A stretch of 64,000 nt of DNA, taken from positions 192,001-256,000 of the forward strand of contig CAWJZV010000007.1 in assembly GCA_963847445.1 (NCBI GenBank). Direction: 5' to 3'. The notes beneath the pieces were generated by a model. It did not search any database. It was not told where the DNA came from and worked only from the letters and a program-made list of their open reading frames with translations. The DNA is from an uncultured delta proteobacterium. GTDB taxonomy: Bacteria > Desulfobacterota > Binatia > UBA9968. Position 1 is the stretch's first letter. Each line of letters begins with the position of its first letter. Positions 41,698 to 54,943 of this stretch are shown here, piece by piece. A program made the translations under genes and the position numbers.

Positions 41698-43092
41698 GTG
41701 AAGCAGCCAAATAAATTTCGCTCATTGTCTGTTTTTCCTACCAGTGCTGCTGGCATTGTTGTTGGGAACTTCGACGCAAGCTCAAGAGACTCCGTCCGCG
41801 CCTGCCCCGGCAGTAAGCGCGCCTGCTCCAACCGCCGCTCCGGCACCAAGCGCACCGCCGGCAGCGCCGAAGATCGACAAAGGCGACAACGCCTGGATGC
41901 TGACCTCTTCAGCCCTCGTCCTGATGATGACGATCCCCGGTCTGTTTCTTTTCTATGGCGGTCTCGTGCGCAGCAAAAATGTTCTCGGCACGATCATGCA
42001 TAGTTTCATCTTGGTCGGCGTCGTCACGATGCAGTGGGTACTGTGGGGTTATTCGGTCGCTTTCGGCCCTGACATTGGCGGTCTATTCGGTTCCCTCGCT
42101 TGGGTTGGGTTGAATGGTGTCGGCGTCGAGCCGAATCCGGACTATGCCGCCACCATCCCCCATATGACCTTTATGGTTTATCAGATGATGTTCGCTATCA
42201 TCACCCCGGCGTTGATCACCGGTGCCTTCGCCGAACGGGCCAAATTCAGCACTTTCCTGGTCTTCATGATTCTGTGGACGACCATTGTATACGATCCCCT
42301 GGCCCATTGGGTTTGGGGCGTCAAGGGCTGGATGCGCGAGATGGGCGCGCTGGATTTTGCCGGCGGCACGGTGGTGCATATTAGCTCGGGGGCGTCGGCC
42401 TTGGTGGCAGCGATCATGTTCGGCCGCCGCATCGGCTACGGCCAAGAAGCGATGCCGCCGCATAATCTACCGTACAGCGTCATCGGCGCGGGCCTTCTCT
42501 GGGTCGGCTGGTTTGGTTTTAATGCCGGTAGCGCACTGGCCGCCGATGGCTTGGCGACTTCAGCTTTTGTCGCTACCCATGTCGCCGCCGCCGCGGCTGC
42601 GCTAGCCTGGCTGGCGATGGACTGGATGCGCGGCAAACCGACCATGCTCGGTGCCGCCAGCGGTGCGGTCGCGGGATTAGTTGCGATCACTCCAGGCGGC
42701 GGGTTTCGTTAGTCCGATGTCCGCGCTGATCATTGGCGTCGGCGGCGGCATGCTGTGCTCCATCGCTTGCAGCCTAAAACCAAAATTTGGTTACGACGAT
42801 TCGCTCGATGTCGTCGGCGTGCATGGGGTCGGCGGCACCTGGGGCGCCCTGGCGACCGGCCTATTCGCTTCGAAAGCGGTCAACGCCGCCGGCAACGACG
42901 GTCTTTTCTTCGGCAACCCCGGGCAACTTTGGACCCAGTTCGTTAGCTGTCGTGGTAACCATCGTATTCGCCATGGTCGTTACGGCAATTATTCTAGCGA
43001 TCCTAAAAGCGACCATGGGCCTGCGCGTCGCCGACGATGAAGAGCGCATGGGTTTGGATTTGACTCAGCATAACGAGCGCGCTTACGAATAA
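41698..43092 (+). CDS. amtB: Ammonium transporter Amt (frameshifted)
   Basis: LFYGGLVRSKN, FAIITPALITGAFAER, DFAGGTVVH, WFGFNAGS, DDSLDVVGVHG, GLDLTQHNERAY. Confidence 0.95.
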
Positions 43093-43187
43093 GCCAGCTG
43101 CAACGGGACTGGTTCTCGCTGGAAGAATGTGATAACTGGTGTGCGTTTTCAAAATAAATCTAACACTCAGCTGAGAGGAGCAAATAG

Positions 43188-44605
43188 ATGTCCGTAAAAG
43201 ACGCCCTAGAGATGGCGAAGAAGAACAAAGTAGAGATCGTCGATTTCAAGTTTATCGACGTGCCCGGGCTGTGGCAGCACTTTTCGATTCCCGGCAACAG
43301 ATTTCGACGCCGATAAGTTCGAACAAGGGTTGGGCTTTGACGGTTCGAGCATCCGCGGCTTTCAGAGCATCAACGAATCGGACATGATCCTGATCCCCGA
43401 TCCCGACACCGCCATGATGGATCCGTTCACCGAACACCCCACCATGAGCTTTGTCTGTAACGTGTTGGATGCGATCACCCGCCAGCCCTACTCCCGCGAT
43501 CCCCGCTATATCACTCAGAAAGCCGAGAAGTATTTAAAGTCCACCGGCCTGGCCGACATCAGCTACTGGGGTCCCGAGATCGAGTTCTTTATCTTCGACA
43601 GCATCCGCTTCGACCAGAACCACCATGAAGGCTACTATCATATCGACTCCAGCGAAGGGTTCTGGAACTCCGGCAACGGCGACGGCCCCAATCTGGGCAA
43701 CAAGATTCGTTACAAAGAAGGTTACTACCCGGTTCCGCCGATGGATCAGTATCAAGACCTGCGCTCCCAGATGGTGCTCAACTTAGAGAAATGCGGCATC
43801 AAGATCGAAGTGCATCACCACGAAGTCGCCACCGGCGGCCAGACCGAGATCGACATGCGCTTTGACACCATGACCAAGATGGCCGACAAGGTGCTGCTGT
43901 ATAAGTATGTGGTTAAGAACACCGCCAAGCAAAGAGGCAAAGTGGTCACCTGTATGCCCAAGCCGCTGTTTCAGGACAATGGTTCCGGCATGCACTGCCA
44001 CCAGAGCTTGTGGAAGTCCGGCAAGAATATTTTCTACGACAAGAAGGGCTACGGCCTGATCAGCGAGACCGCCAGACATTACATTGGCGGCCTGCTCAAG
44101 CACGCCCACGCGCTGTGCGCCTTCATCGCGCCGACGACCAACTCCTACCGCAGACTGGTGCCCGGCTACGAAGCGCCGATCAACTTGGTCTACTCGGCGC
44201 GAAACCGCAGCGCCTGTGTGCGTATTCCCATGTACTCGACCAGCGAGAAGGCCAAGCGGCTGGAGTTTCGCACTCCTGACCCGAGCGCCAATCCGTACCT
44301 CGCCTTTCCGGCGATGTTGATGGCGGGGTTGGACGGGATTAGAAACAAGATCGAGCCGCCGAAACCGATCGACAAGAACTTGTACGAATTGGAACCCGAA
44401 GAGGCCGCCAAGGTGAAGTCGATGCCGGGATCGCTCGACCAGGCGCTCGATGCCTTGGAGAAGGATCATGATTTCCTGCTCAAGGGCGATGTCTTCACCA
44501 AGGACGTGATCGAGACCTGGCTGGAGTACAAACGCAAGCATGAGGTCGATGCCATCCGGCTTCAGACCCCATCCTTGGGAGTTCGCTCTCTATTTCGATA
44601 TCTAA
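43188..44605 (+). CDS. glnA: Glutamine synthetase type I (frameshifts near 43295 and 44562)
   Basis: [52 protein letters not shown] adenylylation site, terminal [13 protein letters not shown]. Confidence 0.97.
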
Positions 44606-44614
44606 AAATACTAA

Positions 44615-45019
<405 letters not shown>

Positions 45020-45047
45020 ACCGATCAACACACGTTTTCATCAAGTC

Positions 45048-45097
45048 AAAAAACCTCAGCTGCGGCAAGGGAATTGCCTCCGCGCTGAGGTTTTTTT
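45048..45097. terminator. Bidirectional intrinsic terminator
   Basis: AAAAAACCTCAGC...GCTGAGGTTTTTTT between convergent genes. Confidence 0.75.
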
Positions 45098-45203
45098 CGA
45101 CTATTACAGTTTCGACCGAGCAACCAGGGAAACTTTACTGTGGATGATTGTCCTTGCAGAAGGCAGCAACGATCACCTGCGGAATTGGAAACATCATTGG
45201 TAA

Positions 45204-45237
45204 CTACGTCATGCCGGCCTGCGCCGACATGACGTAG
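45204..45237. repeat. Single REP-like palindrome (same family as the element Y cargo)
   Basis: CTACGTCATGCCGGCCTGCGCCGACATGACGTAG. Confidence 0.6.
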
Positions 45238-45299
45238 AGTAAGAACCAGCTCCCGCCGATTTTATGCCTCAGTGAGTATTGAGCGCGAGGCCTTGACGG

Positions 45300-46892
45300 C
45301 TAATTATCTTTTTCTTCCCCAGGCTGCTTGCCCGGCTCGAAGCCACCGACTTCGTGGTAAACCACTTCCTTTTTTTCCTCGAAGGCTCTGACGCTGGGAA
45401 CTTGTCCCGGTAAGCCGAGTTTTTTCCACTCGCCGGCGACCTTGTCGTACATCTCTTTGCGCAATGCGGTGCGCTTGGAGAACACCGGCAGGTAGCGATG
45501 TTCTTTGCAGGCGTTGATCAACGCTTTGGAACCATAGGGGCGTTTTTCCGGGGGATTTTGCGTTGGGTCGAGCCAAGTCGACCAGGTGTTGCGTAAAATA
45601 TCGACATCGTCGATGGGATTGCAGCGACTGCTCATGGCCCAGATCACTTGATCCATGTCGGTGGGGTCAATATCTTCGTCGACGGCGATGATCCACTTGG
45701 TGTAATAAGCGCCGCCGGGAACCTGGGCGGCTAAAGCGAGCGCCTGGGCGGCATGGCCGGCGTAGCGCTGCTCAAGAGCGATCACGGTCATGCCAAATCC
45801 ACCGGCGCCGGCAGGGTGGGCGTAAACGCCTTGGATACCGGGGATGCCGAGCTTGTCGAGATCGTCCCAAATACGCGCCGAGCGGATGATCGAGAAAAAG
45901 CCGCTCTGCTCGTTGGACGGATAGTCCGCCATCAAGGCGTTGGTCAGGATCGGATTATTGCGGTAATGCACTGCGGTAATCTCAACCAAGGGGCAGCCCG
46001 CTTCGGGCCGGCCATAATAGCCGGGGAATTCGCCAAAGGGCCCTTCACTCCTCACCGAGTTGGGCTTGATAATGCCCTCAATCATGAATTCGGCGTTGGC
46101 GGGCAATAACAAATTGGTCGTCTTGCCTTTGACCACCGGAATCGGCTCACCCTTGATGCCGCCCAAATACTCATATTCAGAAACGTTCTTGGGAAAAGTC
46201 TGCGAGCCCAGCACCATGAACAATGGATCGATGCCCCAGGCAGCCGCCACTTCAACCGGCTTGCCTTGCTGCCACGAGCGGGTGATGTGCAAACGCGCGT
46301 CTTTTCCCGGGGACAGGTAGAGTCCGCATTCGTTTTTACTCTGCAGCATCATGCGATAGGTACCGACGTTCAAATAACCGCTGTCGGGATCGCGGGTGAT
46401 GACGCAGTCCGCGGTGCCGGCGTAGCGGCCGCCGTCGAGGGGCCAATGGCGTGGAATCGGCAGTTCCGTTAGATCGATCTTATCGCCGGTCAGGGTGTTC
46501 TGATACATCGGCGCTTCGGCGGCGGAAACCTCGCGCGGCGCCATGCGATTTTTCAATTTGTCTTTAGTCCGGCGAATCAGTTCCACCGTCTCGGTGTCGT
46601 GGGGTTCTTCCATCGTCAAGGCGATACGCGGAATGCTCGGGCCTAAAATATTCCACAGCGACTGCGCCTTGTACAAGCTCTTTTCATAACCCTTGATGTT
46701 ATCGAACAGGATTGCCGGCGATGGCTTCTGTTTGGCGACTAGATATCCGATGGCGCTCATTTCTTCGTCGCAGCTCACCGCATCTTTGACCCGGACCAAA
46801 TCGCCCAACGCTTCGACGCGGCTCAGCCACTCGCGCAGATCTTGGATCGGTTTTGTGCTGCTCTCGGTTAGTTTTTCTTCTCGTTTAGCCAT
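45300..46892 (-). CDS. UbiD family prFMN-dependent decarboxylase
   Basis: DLREWL, DGGRY, NVGTYR, EGPFGEFPGYY, AVDEDID...VIWAMSSR. Confidence 0.92.
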   Translation of the reverse strand: MAKREEKLTESSTKPIQDLREWLSRVEALGDLVRVKDAVSCDEEMSAIGYLVAKQKPSPAILFDNIKGYEKSLYKAQSLWNILGPSIPRIALTMEEPHDTETVELIRRTKDKLKNRMAPREVSAAEAPMYQNTLTGDKIDLTELPIPRHWPLDGGRYAGTADCVITRDPDSGYLNVGTYRMMLQSKNECGLYLSPGKDARLHITRSWQQGKPVEVAAAWGIDPLFMVLGSQTFPKNVSEYEYLGGIKGEPIPVVKGKTTNLLLPANAEFMIEGIIKPNSVRSEGPFGEFPGYYGRPEAGCPLVEITAVHYRNNPILTNALMADYPSNEQSGFFSIIRSARIWDDLDKLGIPGIQGVYAHPAGAGGFGMTVIALEQRYAGHAAQALALAAQVPGGAYYTKWIIAVDEDIDPTDMDQVIWAMSSRCNPIDDVDILRNTWSTWLDPTQNPPEKRPYGSKALINACKEHRYLPVFSKRTALRKEMYDKVAGEWKKLGLPGQVPSVRAFEEKKEVVYHEVGGFEPGKQPGEEKDN

Positions 46893-46935
46893 CGGTTTCC
46901 TCCAATTTTTTCACTGATAATTTGACCTTGCAGCC

Positions 46936-47682
46936 TCACAGCCGCGCGCCCTTCGGCAACTGCGCGCGAAAATAGGCGAAGGCATCGTAGGAACGGAACA
47001 TCATATTTTCTTTCATGTAATCGATCTCAGCCTGGGGCATGACCGTCGGCTTGCCGACACAGCTCGCGATGAACTGCATATAGGCGGTGCGCTCCAGATA
47101 AATCGCGTGGACGGTAGCATATTCTAAGCTGTCGCCGCATACAATAATGCCGTGCCCTTTGAGCAACATCGCCATGCGGTCTTGCAACGTCGCGCAGATC
47201 TCTTTGCCGTCGCGCATGGTGTAGATCAGTCTTGGGCTGGGGAAAATCGGCGTTTCCGGCGCAAACACCGCGGCTTGGTTATAGATCGGCAGGATCGGCG
47301 TGCCCGCTACCGAGAAAGCGGTCGCGATGGTTTGATGGGTGTGGACCACGGAATTGACATCCGGACGGGCGTTGTAGATCGCCGCGTGAATCATAGTTTC
47401 GCGCGGCGGATTCTTGATCTTGGTGACGGCGCGCTGGTTACCGGCCTTGGCGTAGTTGGCCTCGCAGACTTCGAAATACTGATCGATGTCGACCTCGATG
47501 ATATGCTTGGGCGCCACTTCACCGAGCGGCGCCAGCACCGGCTTGATAAAAAACTTTCGCGTGCCGGGAATGCGCGCGCTGACATGGCCGTGATAATCGG
47601 CCAATCCTTGGTGGAACATGATGCGGTTGCCAAGGGCAACTTTCTTTTTTAGTTCGTCGGTATCCTTCTTGCTGATTTTCAC
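46936..47682 (-). CDS. Class II aldolase/adducin family protein
   Basis: GHVSAR, ETMIHAAIYNARPDVNSVVHTH, LLKGHG. Confidence 0.88.
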   Translation of the reverse strand: MKISKKDTDELKKKVALGNRIMFHQGLADYHGHVSARIPGTRKFFIKPVLAPLGEVAPKHIIEVDIDQYFEVCEANYAKAGNQRAVTKIKNPPRETMIHAAIYNARPDVNSVVHTHQTIATAFSVAGTPILPIYNQAAVFAPETPIFPSPRLIYTMRDGKEICATLQDRMAMLLKGHGIIVCGDSLEYATVHAIYLERTAYMQFIASCVGKPTVMPQAEIDYMKENMMFRSYDAFAYFRAQLPKGARL

Positions 47683-47717
47683 CGGTCAATCCCCTTTCTA
47701 ATTTCATCGCCTTTGAG

Positions 47718-48663
47718 CTAGTTGTTTTGCCGCTTCGACGGCGTTCCGCTGCTTGTCTCCTCGACCCACCAGTGGATATTCATCCAGTTCCACTGCTCCG
47801 GATAGCTGCGCACGGTACGTTCAAGCCAGCGGGTAATTCTGATGGTATTCTCACGAACCGCCGCGGCGTTGCGCTCTTCCCGCGCAAGCTCCAACTCCGG
47901 CTCGATGACCAGCCGCAAACTATCGTCCGCCTGACGTACCATACAAGCCGGAACCACCGCGGCACCGGTGCGCAACGCCAAACTCACGGCGCCGCGCCGG
48001 GCAATCACCGTCTTACCAAAAAGCGGCACTTCAATGCCAGAGCCCCGTCGGTATTCGTCGGCAATCACGACCGCGATCTGATTGCGCCGCAGCACTTCGG
48101 TAAGCTCGCGCAGCGCCCGCTGGCGCGGCCGCGCGTGAATGGTCTTCTGCCGAACCTGCAGACGATAATCATCCATCAGCTCGGCAAAACGGCCGTCACG
48201 CGGCTGATTGACCAAGACGAAAGTCGGCAAACCTTCGAGCGCTAACACGGCACCCGACCAGGAAAAAATTCCCTAAATGGGCGCTGAGCAGCAGCACTCC
48301 TTTGCCCTTGGCAAGCGCCGCATCGAGATGCTTGCGACCGACAATCGGAATTTCCGCCTTGAGCTTGGCATCGGAAGCTACGACTGCGACCCCGATCTCC
48401 ACACAAGCGCGAAAAAAATTACGCAGCGAGTTCGCGCGCGACACCGCCGATCTCACTGGAACTCAAGCCGTCGCCCAGGGCAATGCGAATATTGGCGATC
48501 GAACGAGTACGAAATCCGCGAAAAAGATAAAACCCGATCCTGGCTAGCCCATCGGATAGGCGAAAATACAACTCCCGGACATACCCGGATCGCCAGCGCA
48601 ACCAATCTTGAAGCCGAACCAAGTGCTTAGGTATGCGAGTTTTCCCGTGAGCCGAGCGATCAT
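47718..48663 (-). CDS. Lipid A lauroyl-type lysophospholipid acyltransferase (frameshifted)
   Basis: GKGVLLLSAHLGNF, VPLFG, LALRTGAAVVP, RSYPEQWNWMNIHW. Confidence 0.8.
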
Positions 48664-48916
48664 CGATTATCGAGAGCCGTCGGTTCCGCACCGCTCTCCA
48701 GTGCTATAAAGTACGCCAATCTACGCTACTTTTTTGCCCGTCGCAACCGCAAAATGACCTCTATCAGCCCGCTTCATGCACCAATCTTTGGCAGGAAACT
48801 ATCGCAATTTCAATTGCTTACAGAATTTCAGCGGCCCCGCTCGGTTGTCAGGGTTATTCCTATTGCGGACTAGGTGTGATAATAATTTTCGACTGCTGTG
48901 AACCCGGATAAGATTT

Positions 48917-49294
48917 ATGCGCATGATTTTACCTCCGATAAAGAAACGTCGGGCGATCGACCGATTGCTGTCGGCCTTTTTTAGCGAATGCAAAGCCTCC
49001 GACTTTAAGAAAGCGATTAGCCTGCTGTGCCGGTTTTACCATCTGAAGCAACCCAAAATAGAATGGTTTGAGTATATCGATTGGGGCAAAACCGCGGGCA
49101 AGACCTACGAGACCGGTCAGATTTATTTGGTTCACCCGGAGAATTGGAAGAAAGGCCGCAAATACAACACCGCCAGGCGCTGGATCAATCTGGTCTACCA
49201 TGAGATGGGTCACTATGTTTTCTGGGCCGACGCGGAAAATAAAGCCGATATGTTCGCCACGCGCATGGTGCGCGGTTTGAACAATCAAAAATAA
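48917..49294 (+). CDS. Small basic HEXXH zinc-metallopeptidase-like hypothetical protein
   Basis: VYHEMGHY followed by ENKADMFA; intact 125-aa ORF. Confidence 0.6.
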   Translation: MRMILPPIKKRRAIDRLLSAFFSECKASDFKKAISLLCRFYHLKQPKIEWFEYIDWGKTAGKTYETGQIYLVHPENWKKGRKYNTARRWINLVYHEMGHYVFWADAENKADMFATRMVRGLNNQK

Positions 49295-49366
49295 GGAATC
49301 AGATAGAGCGACCGCGCCAGAGACCGGCCCGCGCCTTACTCGTCGCGCATCTCTATCCAATCAGCC

Positions 49367-52206
49367 ATGGACTATAAAGATACTCTCAACTTACCGAAGA
49401 CCGACTTTCCCATGCGCGGCAACCTGCCGCAAAACGAACCTAAGCAGGTCGAAAAGTGGGACAAGGAACGGGCCTATTTGCAGATCCTTGAGGCGAATCA
49501 GGGCAAGCCCAGGTTCATCCTGCATGACGGGCCGCCCTACGCCAACGGCAACATCCACATCGGCCATGCGCTAAACAAAATCCTCAAAGACATCATCATC
49601 AAGTACAAGGCGATGACCGGCCATTCGGCGCCCTATGTCCCCGGCTGGGACTGCCATGGCCTGCCCATCGAACTGCAAGTCGAGAAGAACCTCGGCCGGG
49701 CGAAAAAGTTGGCCATGAGCAAGGCCGAAATTCGCAAGCTCTGCAAAGAGTACGCGGAGAAGTATATTTCGATTCAACGCGAAGAGTTCAAACGGCTTGG
49801 CGTGCTCGGCGATTGGGACAAACCTTATCGCACCTTGGACCCGCAGTACGAAGCCCAAGAAGTGCGCGAACTGGGGAAATTCGTCGCCTCCGGCGCGCTC
49901 TACCGCAAGAAGAAACCGGTCTACTGGTGCGCCTCCTGTGTCACGGCGTTGGCGGAAGCGGAAGTCGAGTACGAAGATCACACGTCGACATCGGTTTACG
50001 TCAAATTCGCGGTAATCCGACGGTGGCACAAGCGATGAAGGCGGACGGCAACACGTTCTTCGTCATCTGGACCACCACCCCTTGGACTTTGCCGGCCAAC
50101 CAAGCGATCGCGGTTCATCCCAAGTTTACGTACCGGCTGGTGAAGACCGCGCAAGGCGATTTGATCATTAACCAAGAACTAATCGACCAGCGTGATGCAA
50201 GCCATCGGTCTGGAAGCCAAGGATTATGACAATCGTTCCCGGGGGCTGGACCGGCGCAGAACTCGAAGGCATCGTCTGCCGTCATCCCTGGCTCGACCGC
50301 GACTCGAAGATCGTGCTTGGCGACTACGTGACCCAGGATCAAGGCACCGGCTGCGTCCATATCGCCCCCGGCCATGGCCAGGAAGACTACGAAGTCGGCA
50401 TGCGCTACGGATTGCCGGTCATGGCACCGGTGGACCCGGCAAGGCAGATTCACCGCGGAAGCGGGCGATTTGCAAGGCGAGTCGGTGTTCAAAGCCGACC
50501 CGCGCATCGTTCAAAAACTGATCGAACGCGGACGCCCTGCTCAAAGAAGACAAGCTGACCCATAGCTATCCGCACTGTTGGCGCTGCAAAAAGCCGGTGA
50601 TCTTTCGCGCCACCGAACAGTGGTTTATCTCCATGGAGAAAAACGACCTGCGCGACCAGGCGCTGCGCGCCATCGACGAGGTCAAATGGATTCCGCCCTG
50701 GGGTCGTGATCGGATTCGCGGCATGCTCGAAGCGCGCCCGGACTGGTGCATCTCGCGCCAGCGCTCCTGGGGCGTGCCGATCCCGGCGGTCTACTGCAAG
50801 AAATGTAATCAAGCCGTGCTGACCCAGGCGATTTGCGATCATGTCGCGGCGATTTTTGAGAAAGAAGGATCGGATGCTTGGTTCACCCGGCCGGTCAACG
50901 AACTCATGCCCGCCGATCTCAAGTGTCCCGACTGCGGCGGCCAGGATTTTTCCCGGGAAGAAGATATTCTCGATGTCTGGTTCGATTCGGGCGTCAGCTA
51001 CGCATCGGTGGTCGAACAAGACCCGCGTCTCGGCGGCCGCGCCGATCTTTATCTCGAAGGCAGCGATCAACATCGCGGCTGGTTTCACACCGCGCTGCTG
51101 ACTTCGCTGGCGACCCGCGACCGCGCGCCTTACGTCAGCGTGCTCACCCACGGTTTCACCTTGGACGGCAAAGGGCGAAAGATGTCCAAGTCCATGGGCA
51201 ATACCATCGCGCCGCAAGACATCGCGAAAAAATTCGGCGCCGAGATTCTGCGCCTGTGGGTCTCCGCCGAGGACTATCGCGAAGACGTGCGCATCTCGGA
51301 TGAGATTTTGAATCGCCTGGTCGAGGCCTACCGGCGCGTGCGCAACACCGCGCGCTTTTTGATCAGCAATCTCTATGATTTCGATCCATCGAAGGATCGC
51401 GTGCCGGCGGACCAATCTCGACGAGCTCGACCGCTGGATTCTCCAGCGCACGGAAAATCTGCTCAGCCGCTGCCGCGATGCTTATGAGAAGTGCGAGTTC
51501 CACGTCGTCTATCACAGCGTCAATAACTTCTGCGCTGTCGATCTGAGCGCGCAGTACTTGGACATCGTCAAAGACCGGCTATACTGCGAAGGGACGAATT
51601 CGACCAAACGACGCGCGGCGCAGACAACGTTGTATAGAATTCTTGACGTGCTGGTGCATCTGACCGCGCCGATCCTGTCGTTTACCACCGAAGAAATCTG
51701 GAACTACCTGCCGGACAAAGCCGATCGACCGAAGAGCGTCTTTCTATCGCTAATGCCGGAAGCCGACACCAAGGTTGTCGATGCCGAACTCGGTGAAAAA
51801 TGGGAGCGCATCTTCCGACGAGCGCGGCGAAGTGCTCAAGGCGCTGGAACAGGCGCGCAGCGCCGGCATCATCGGCCACTCCCTCGATGCCAAGGTGGTT
51901 TTCGCCAAACACGGCAACCAGCAGGGCGCAAAACTGAGCGAATGGGTGAACATCGACCGCGCCCGGTTGCAGGATCTGTTGATCGTATCTCAAGCCGATA
52001 ACGGCGGTGAATCCACCGCCGCCACCAACGATTCAGCGGCAAGCTACGACGCGCCACTGCTCAACTGCGTGGTCCAAGTCAGCAAAGCCGACGGCGCCAA
52101 GTGCGAACGCTGCTGGAAATACGATGTAAAAATCGGCGCCGACCACAACCATCCGACCGTTTGCCCGCGCTGCGCGGGGGTGTTGAACGCCGGAGCGGCG
52201 GCTTGA
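49367..52206 (+). CDS. ileS: Isoleucine--tRNA ligase (multiple frameshifts)
   Basis: [53 protein letters not shown]-terminal CERCW...CPRC. Confidence 0.97.
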
Positions 52207-52716
52207 GCGGCAAGTGGAAAAACATTAGCGGCTGGCTCGCCGCCATTGTCGTTCTCGATCAGTTAACCAAGCTCATCGTCGACCGGACGATGGCGCTTTA
52301 TCAATCGATTGCCATCTTCGACGGCTTGTTTAGCTTCACCTACGTGCGCAACCCCGGCGCCGCCTTCGGCATCTTCGCCGGCAGCGCCGAGATCTTTCGC
52401 CGGCCCTTTTTAATCTTGGTATCGATCCTTGCCAGCGGCTTTATCGTCACCTTACTGCAGACGCCTTGACGGTAGAGAACGCGGCTTAATCACGGCACTG
52501 ACTTTTATCCTCGGCGGCGCCGTCGGCAATCTCATCGACCGAGTTTTCTACGGCGAAGTGATCGACTTCCTCGACGTCTACTGGCGCAACTATCACTGGC
52601 CGGCATTCAATGTCGCCGACAGTTTCATCACCATCGGTGTCGCCATCGCGCTTTTCTGCCTGTACAAGCACAAGGGCGACGATCCCTTCGCCGGCCCGGC
52701 GAACGCGGACAAATAA
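52203..52716 (+). CDS. lspA: Lipoprotein signal peptidase II (frameshift near 52460)
   Basis: [35 protein letters not shown]; follows ileS. Confidence 0.95.
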
Positions 52717-52728
52717 GTTGCCGACAAA

Positions 52729-53020
52729 TCAGTCTTTTAGAATTACCACCGTCGCGCCCCAACTGCCGGCTTCGAGCGGTGCATCGTGAAACGACTCGAC
52801 GTTGGCATGCTTTTCCAACAATGCGCGAATGATATTGCGCTGCACGCCTTTGCCTTTGCCGTGGATCAAGCGCACTTCGTGAAATCCAGCTTCTTTACAC
52901 TGCTCGAGATACTCTTCGACGACGCTGGCGAATTTCTTTCGGTTGAAACGGATGAAGATCGAGATGATCTTCGATGGGAATGACCACCGGATCGTCAAAG
53001 GGCGGATCGGACTCGGTCAT
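52729..53020 (-). CDS. Smr/MutS2 C-terminal domain protein (frameshifted)
   Basis: IPIEDHLDLH, VRLIHGKGKG, GSWGAT. Confidence 0.85.
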
Positions 53021-54935
53021 TTCAACGCGCTCTCGGCTATTGTGCACTCGGCTGGAGCTGATTGGCGGCGCGCTTTCGCTGCGCGAGAAATACCGCGGTG
53101 AAAATGGCGATGGCCGCGATGCCGGTCGCCAAGCTCGGAATGAAGGCGAGTACCGTCGCGGCAGCTAAGAGCAGCCATTCGATGTAAATTCAACTTCACG
53201 TAAAAGAAGCCGGTGCTCATGATCGAAAAGAGGATCGTGCCCAGAGTCGCCGAGGCGATGGCGGCAATATTCTGCGCCGGAGTGCCGGTTAGCAGGATGT
53301 GGGTGTAAGCGAACAGCAACGGCATCACGTAAATAATCTTGGCGAAGCGAAAACAGGCCCAGCCGGTTTTCATCGGATCGGCCTGGGCGATGGCCGCCGC
53401 GGCGAAAGGTCCCATGGCCACCGGCGGCGTGATGTTGGAATCGAGGCTCAGCCAAAATATCAACAGATGCGCCGACAGCATCGGCACGCCGAGTTTTAAC
53501 AGCGCCGGCACGGCGACCACGGCGACGACCAAATAGGTCGCGGTGATCGGCAGAGGCAAGCCCAGCACAAAGGTGGCGATGGCGATGAGACCGATGGTGA
53601 TGAGAATACTTTGGCCGGCGAGTTCGATGAGCATGTAGGGAAAGCGGATGATGATGCCGGTCAGCGATAACACGCCGATGAGCACGCCGACGCAACCGGT
53701 GAGCGCCGCGACGAAGACGCAGTTTTTGCCGGCGTTCACTAGCGCCTGCCAAATTTGCTCGGGCCCCATGCGAGTGTCTTGGCGAATCCAGCTAACGACA
53801 ATCGTCGACACGATGCCGTAAAGCGCGGCGACCTGCGGCGAGTAGCCGGCGATCATGACGCCGATCAAGATGGCGATCGGCAGGAGCAGATACCAGCCGC
53901 GCCGCCAGACATCCCACGAGCGCGGCAGATCTTCTTTGGCAAAACCTTTCAAGCCGAGTTTACGCGACTCGAAGTAGACCATGACGCCGACCGACAAGAA
54001 GTAAAGAAGCCGGGAATCAGCGCGACCTTGATGATTTCCAGATAAGGAATGCCGGTCATCTCCGACATGATAAATGCGCCGGCGCCCATGACCGGCGGCA
54101 TGATCGCGCCGCCTGTGGACGCCGCCGCTTCGACCGCGGCGGCGATGTGACCGGGAAAGCCGGCGCGTTTCATCAGCGGGATGGTGATCGAGCCTTTGGT
54201 CACGGTTTCGGCGATCGGGCTGCCGCTGATGGTGCCCATCAAAAGGCTTGAAACGACGGAGGCCTGCGCCGGCCCGCCGGCGACGCGACCGAGACTTGCG
54301 AGAGAAATGTCGACGAAAAATTGCGCCACGCCGGCGCGCTCCAAGAACGCGCCGAAGGCGACGAATGGAATAATGTACTCGGCCAATACCTGCGCCATGA
54401 TGCCGAAGATGCCATCTGAGGTGAGATAGACGTACTCGATGATGCGGCGCATGCTGTAGCCGCGGTGGCCGATGATGAAAGGCAGATAGTTGCCGAACAG
54501 CGCGTAGATTATCGGCACGATGGCGCAAAGCGCCATGTCCCAGCCAAGCACGCGGCGCGCCGCTTCGATGGCGATGACGGTGGCAATCGCTCCCATGGCG
54601 ACATCGAGCGCAGTATAATCGCCGGCGCGATAAGCCATCGCCTCATGCTCGACCATCCAGTAGACCACGCTCGCCGTCGCGCCCGCGGCAAGCAGCAGAT
54701 CGATTAAAGTCGGCCGGTCGGCGCGGGCGCGCTGCCAGCCTTTATAAAGCAGCAGCGGTATGACCAGGCTGTAAAGCACGGCGATGCCGCGGTAGTACTG
54801 CAGCGACACGACGCCGACGGTGGACGCCCAGACGTAATACAACGCCGTGGCGCCCATCATGATCTTGATCGCTCGGTCCCAAGAGCCGGCGAGGGTACGC
54901 AGCAGTACTGGCTTAGCCGCCGTGGCTTCCGACAT
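53017..54935 (-). CDS. TRAP transporter fused 4TM/12TM permease (frameshifted)
   Basis: GGPAQASV, EAAASTGGAIMPPVMGAGAFIM, LGLPLPITATY, ITPPVA. Confidence 0.9.
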
Positions 54936-54943
54936 GGTTTGAT

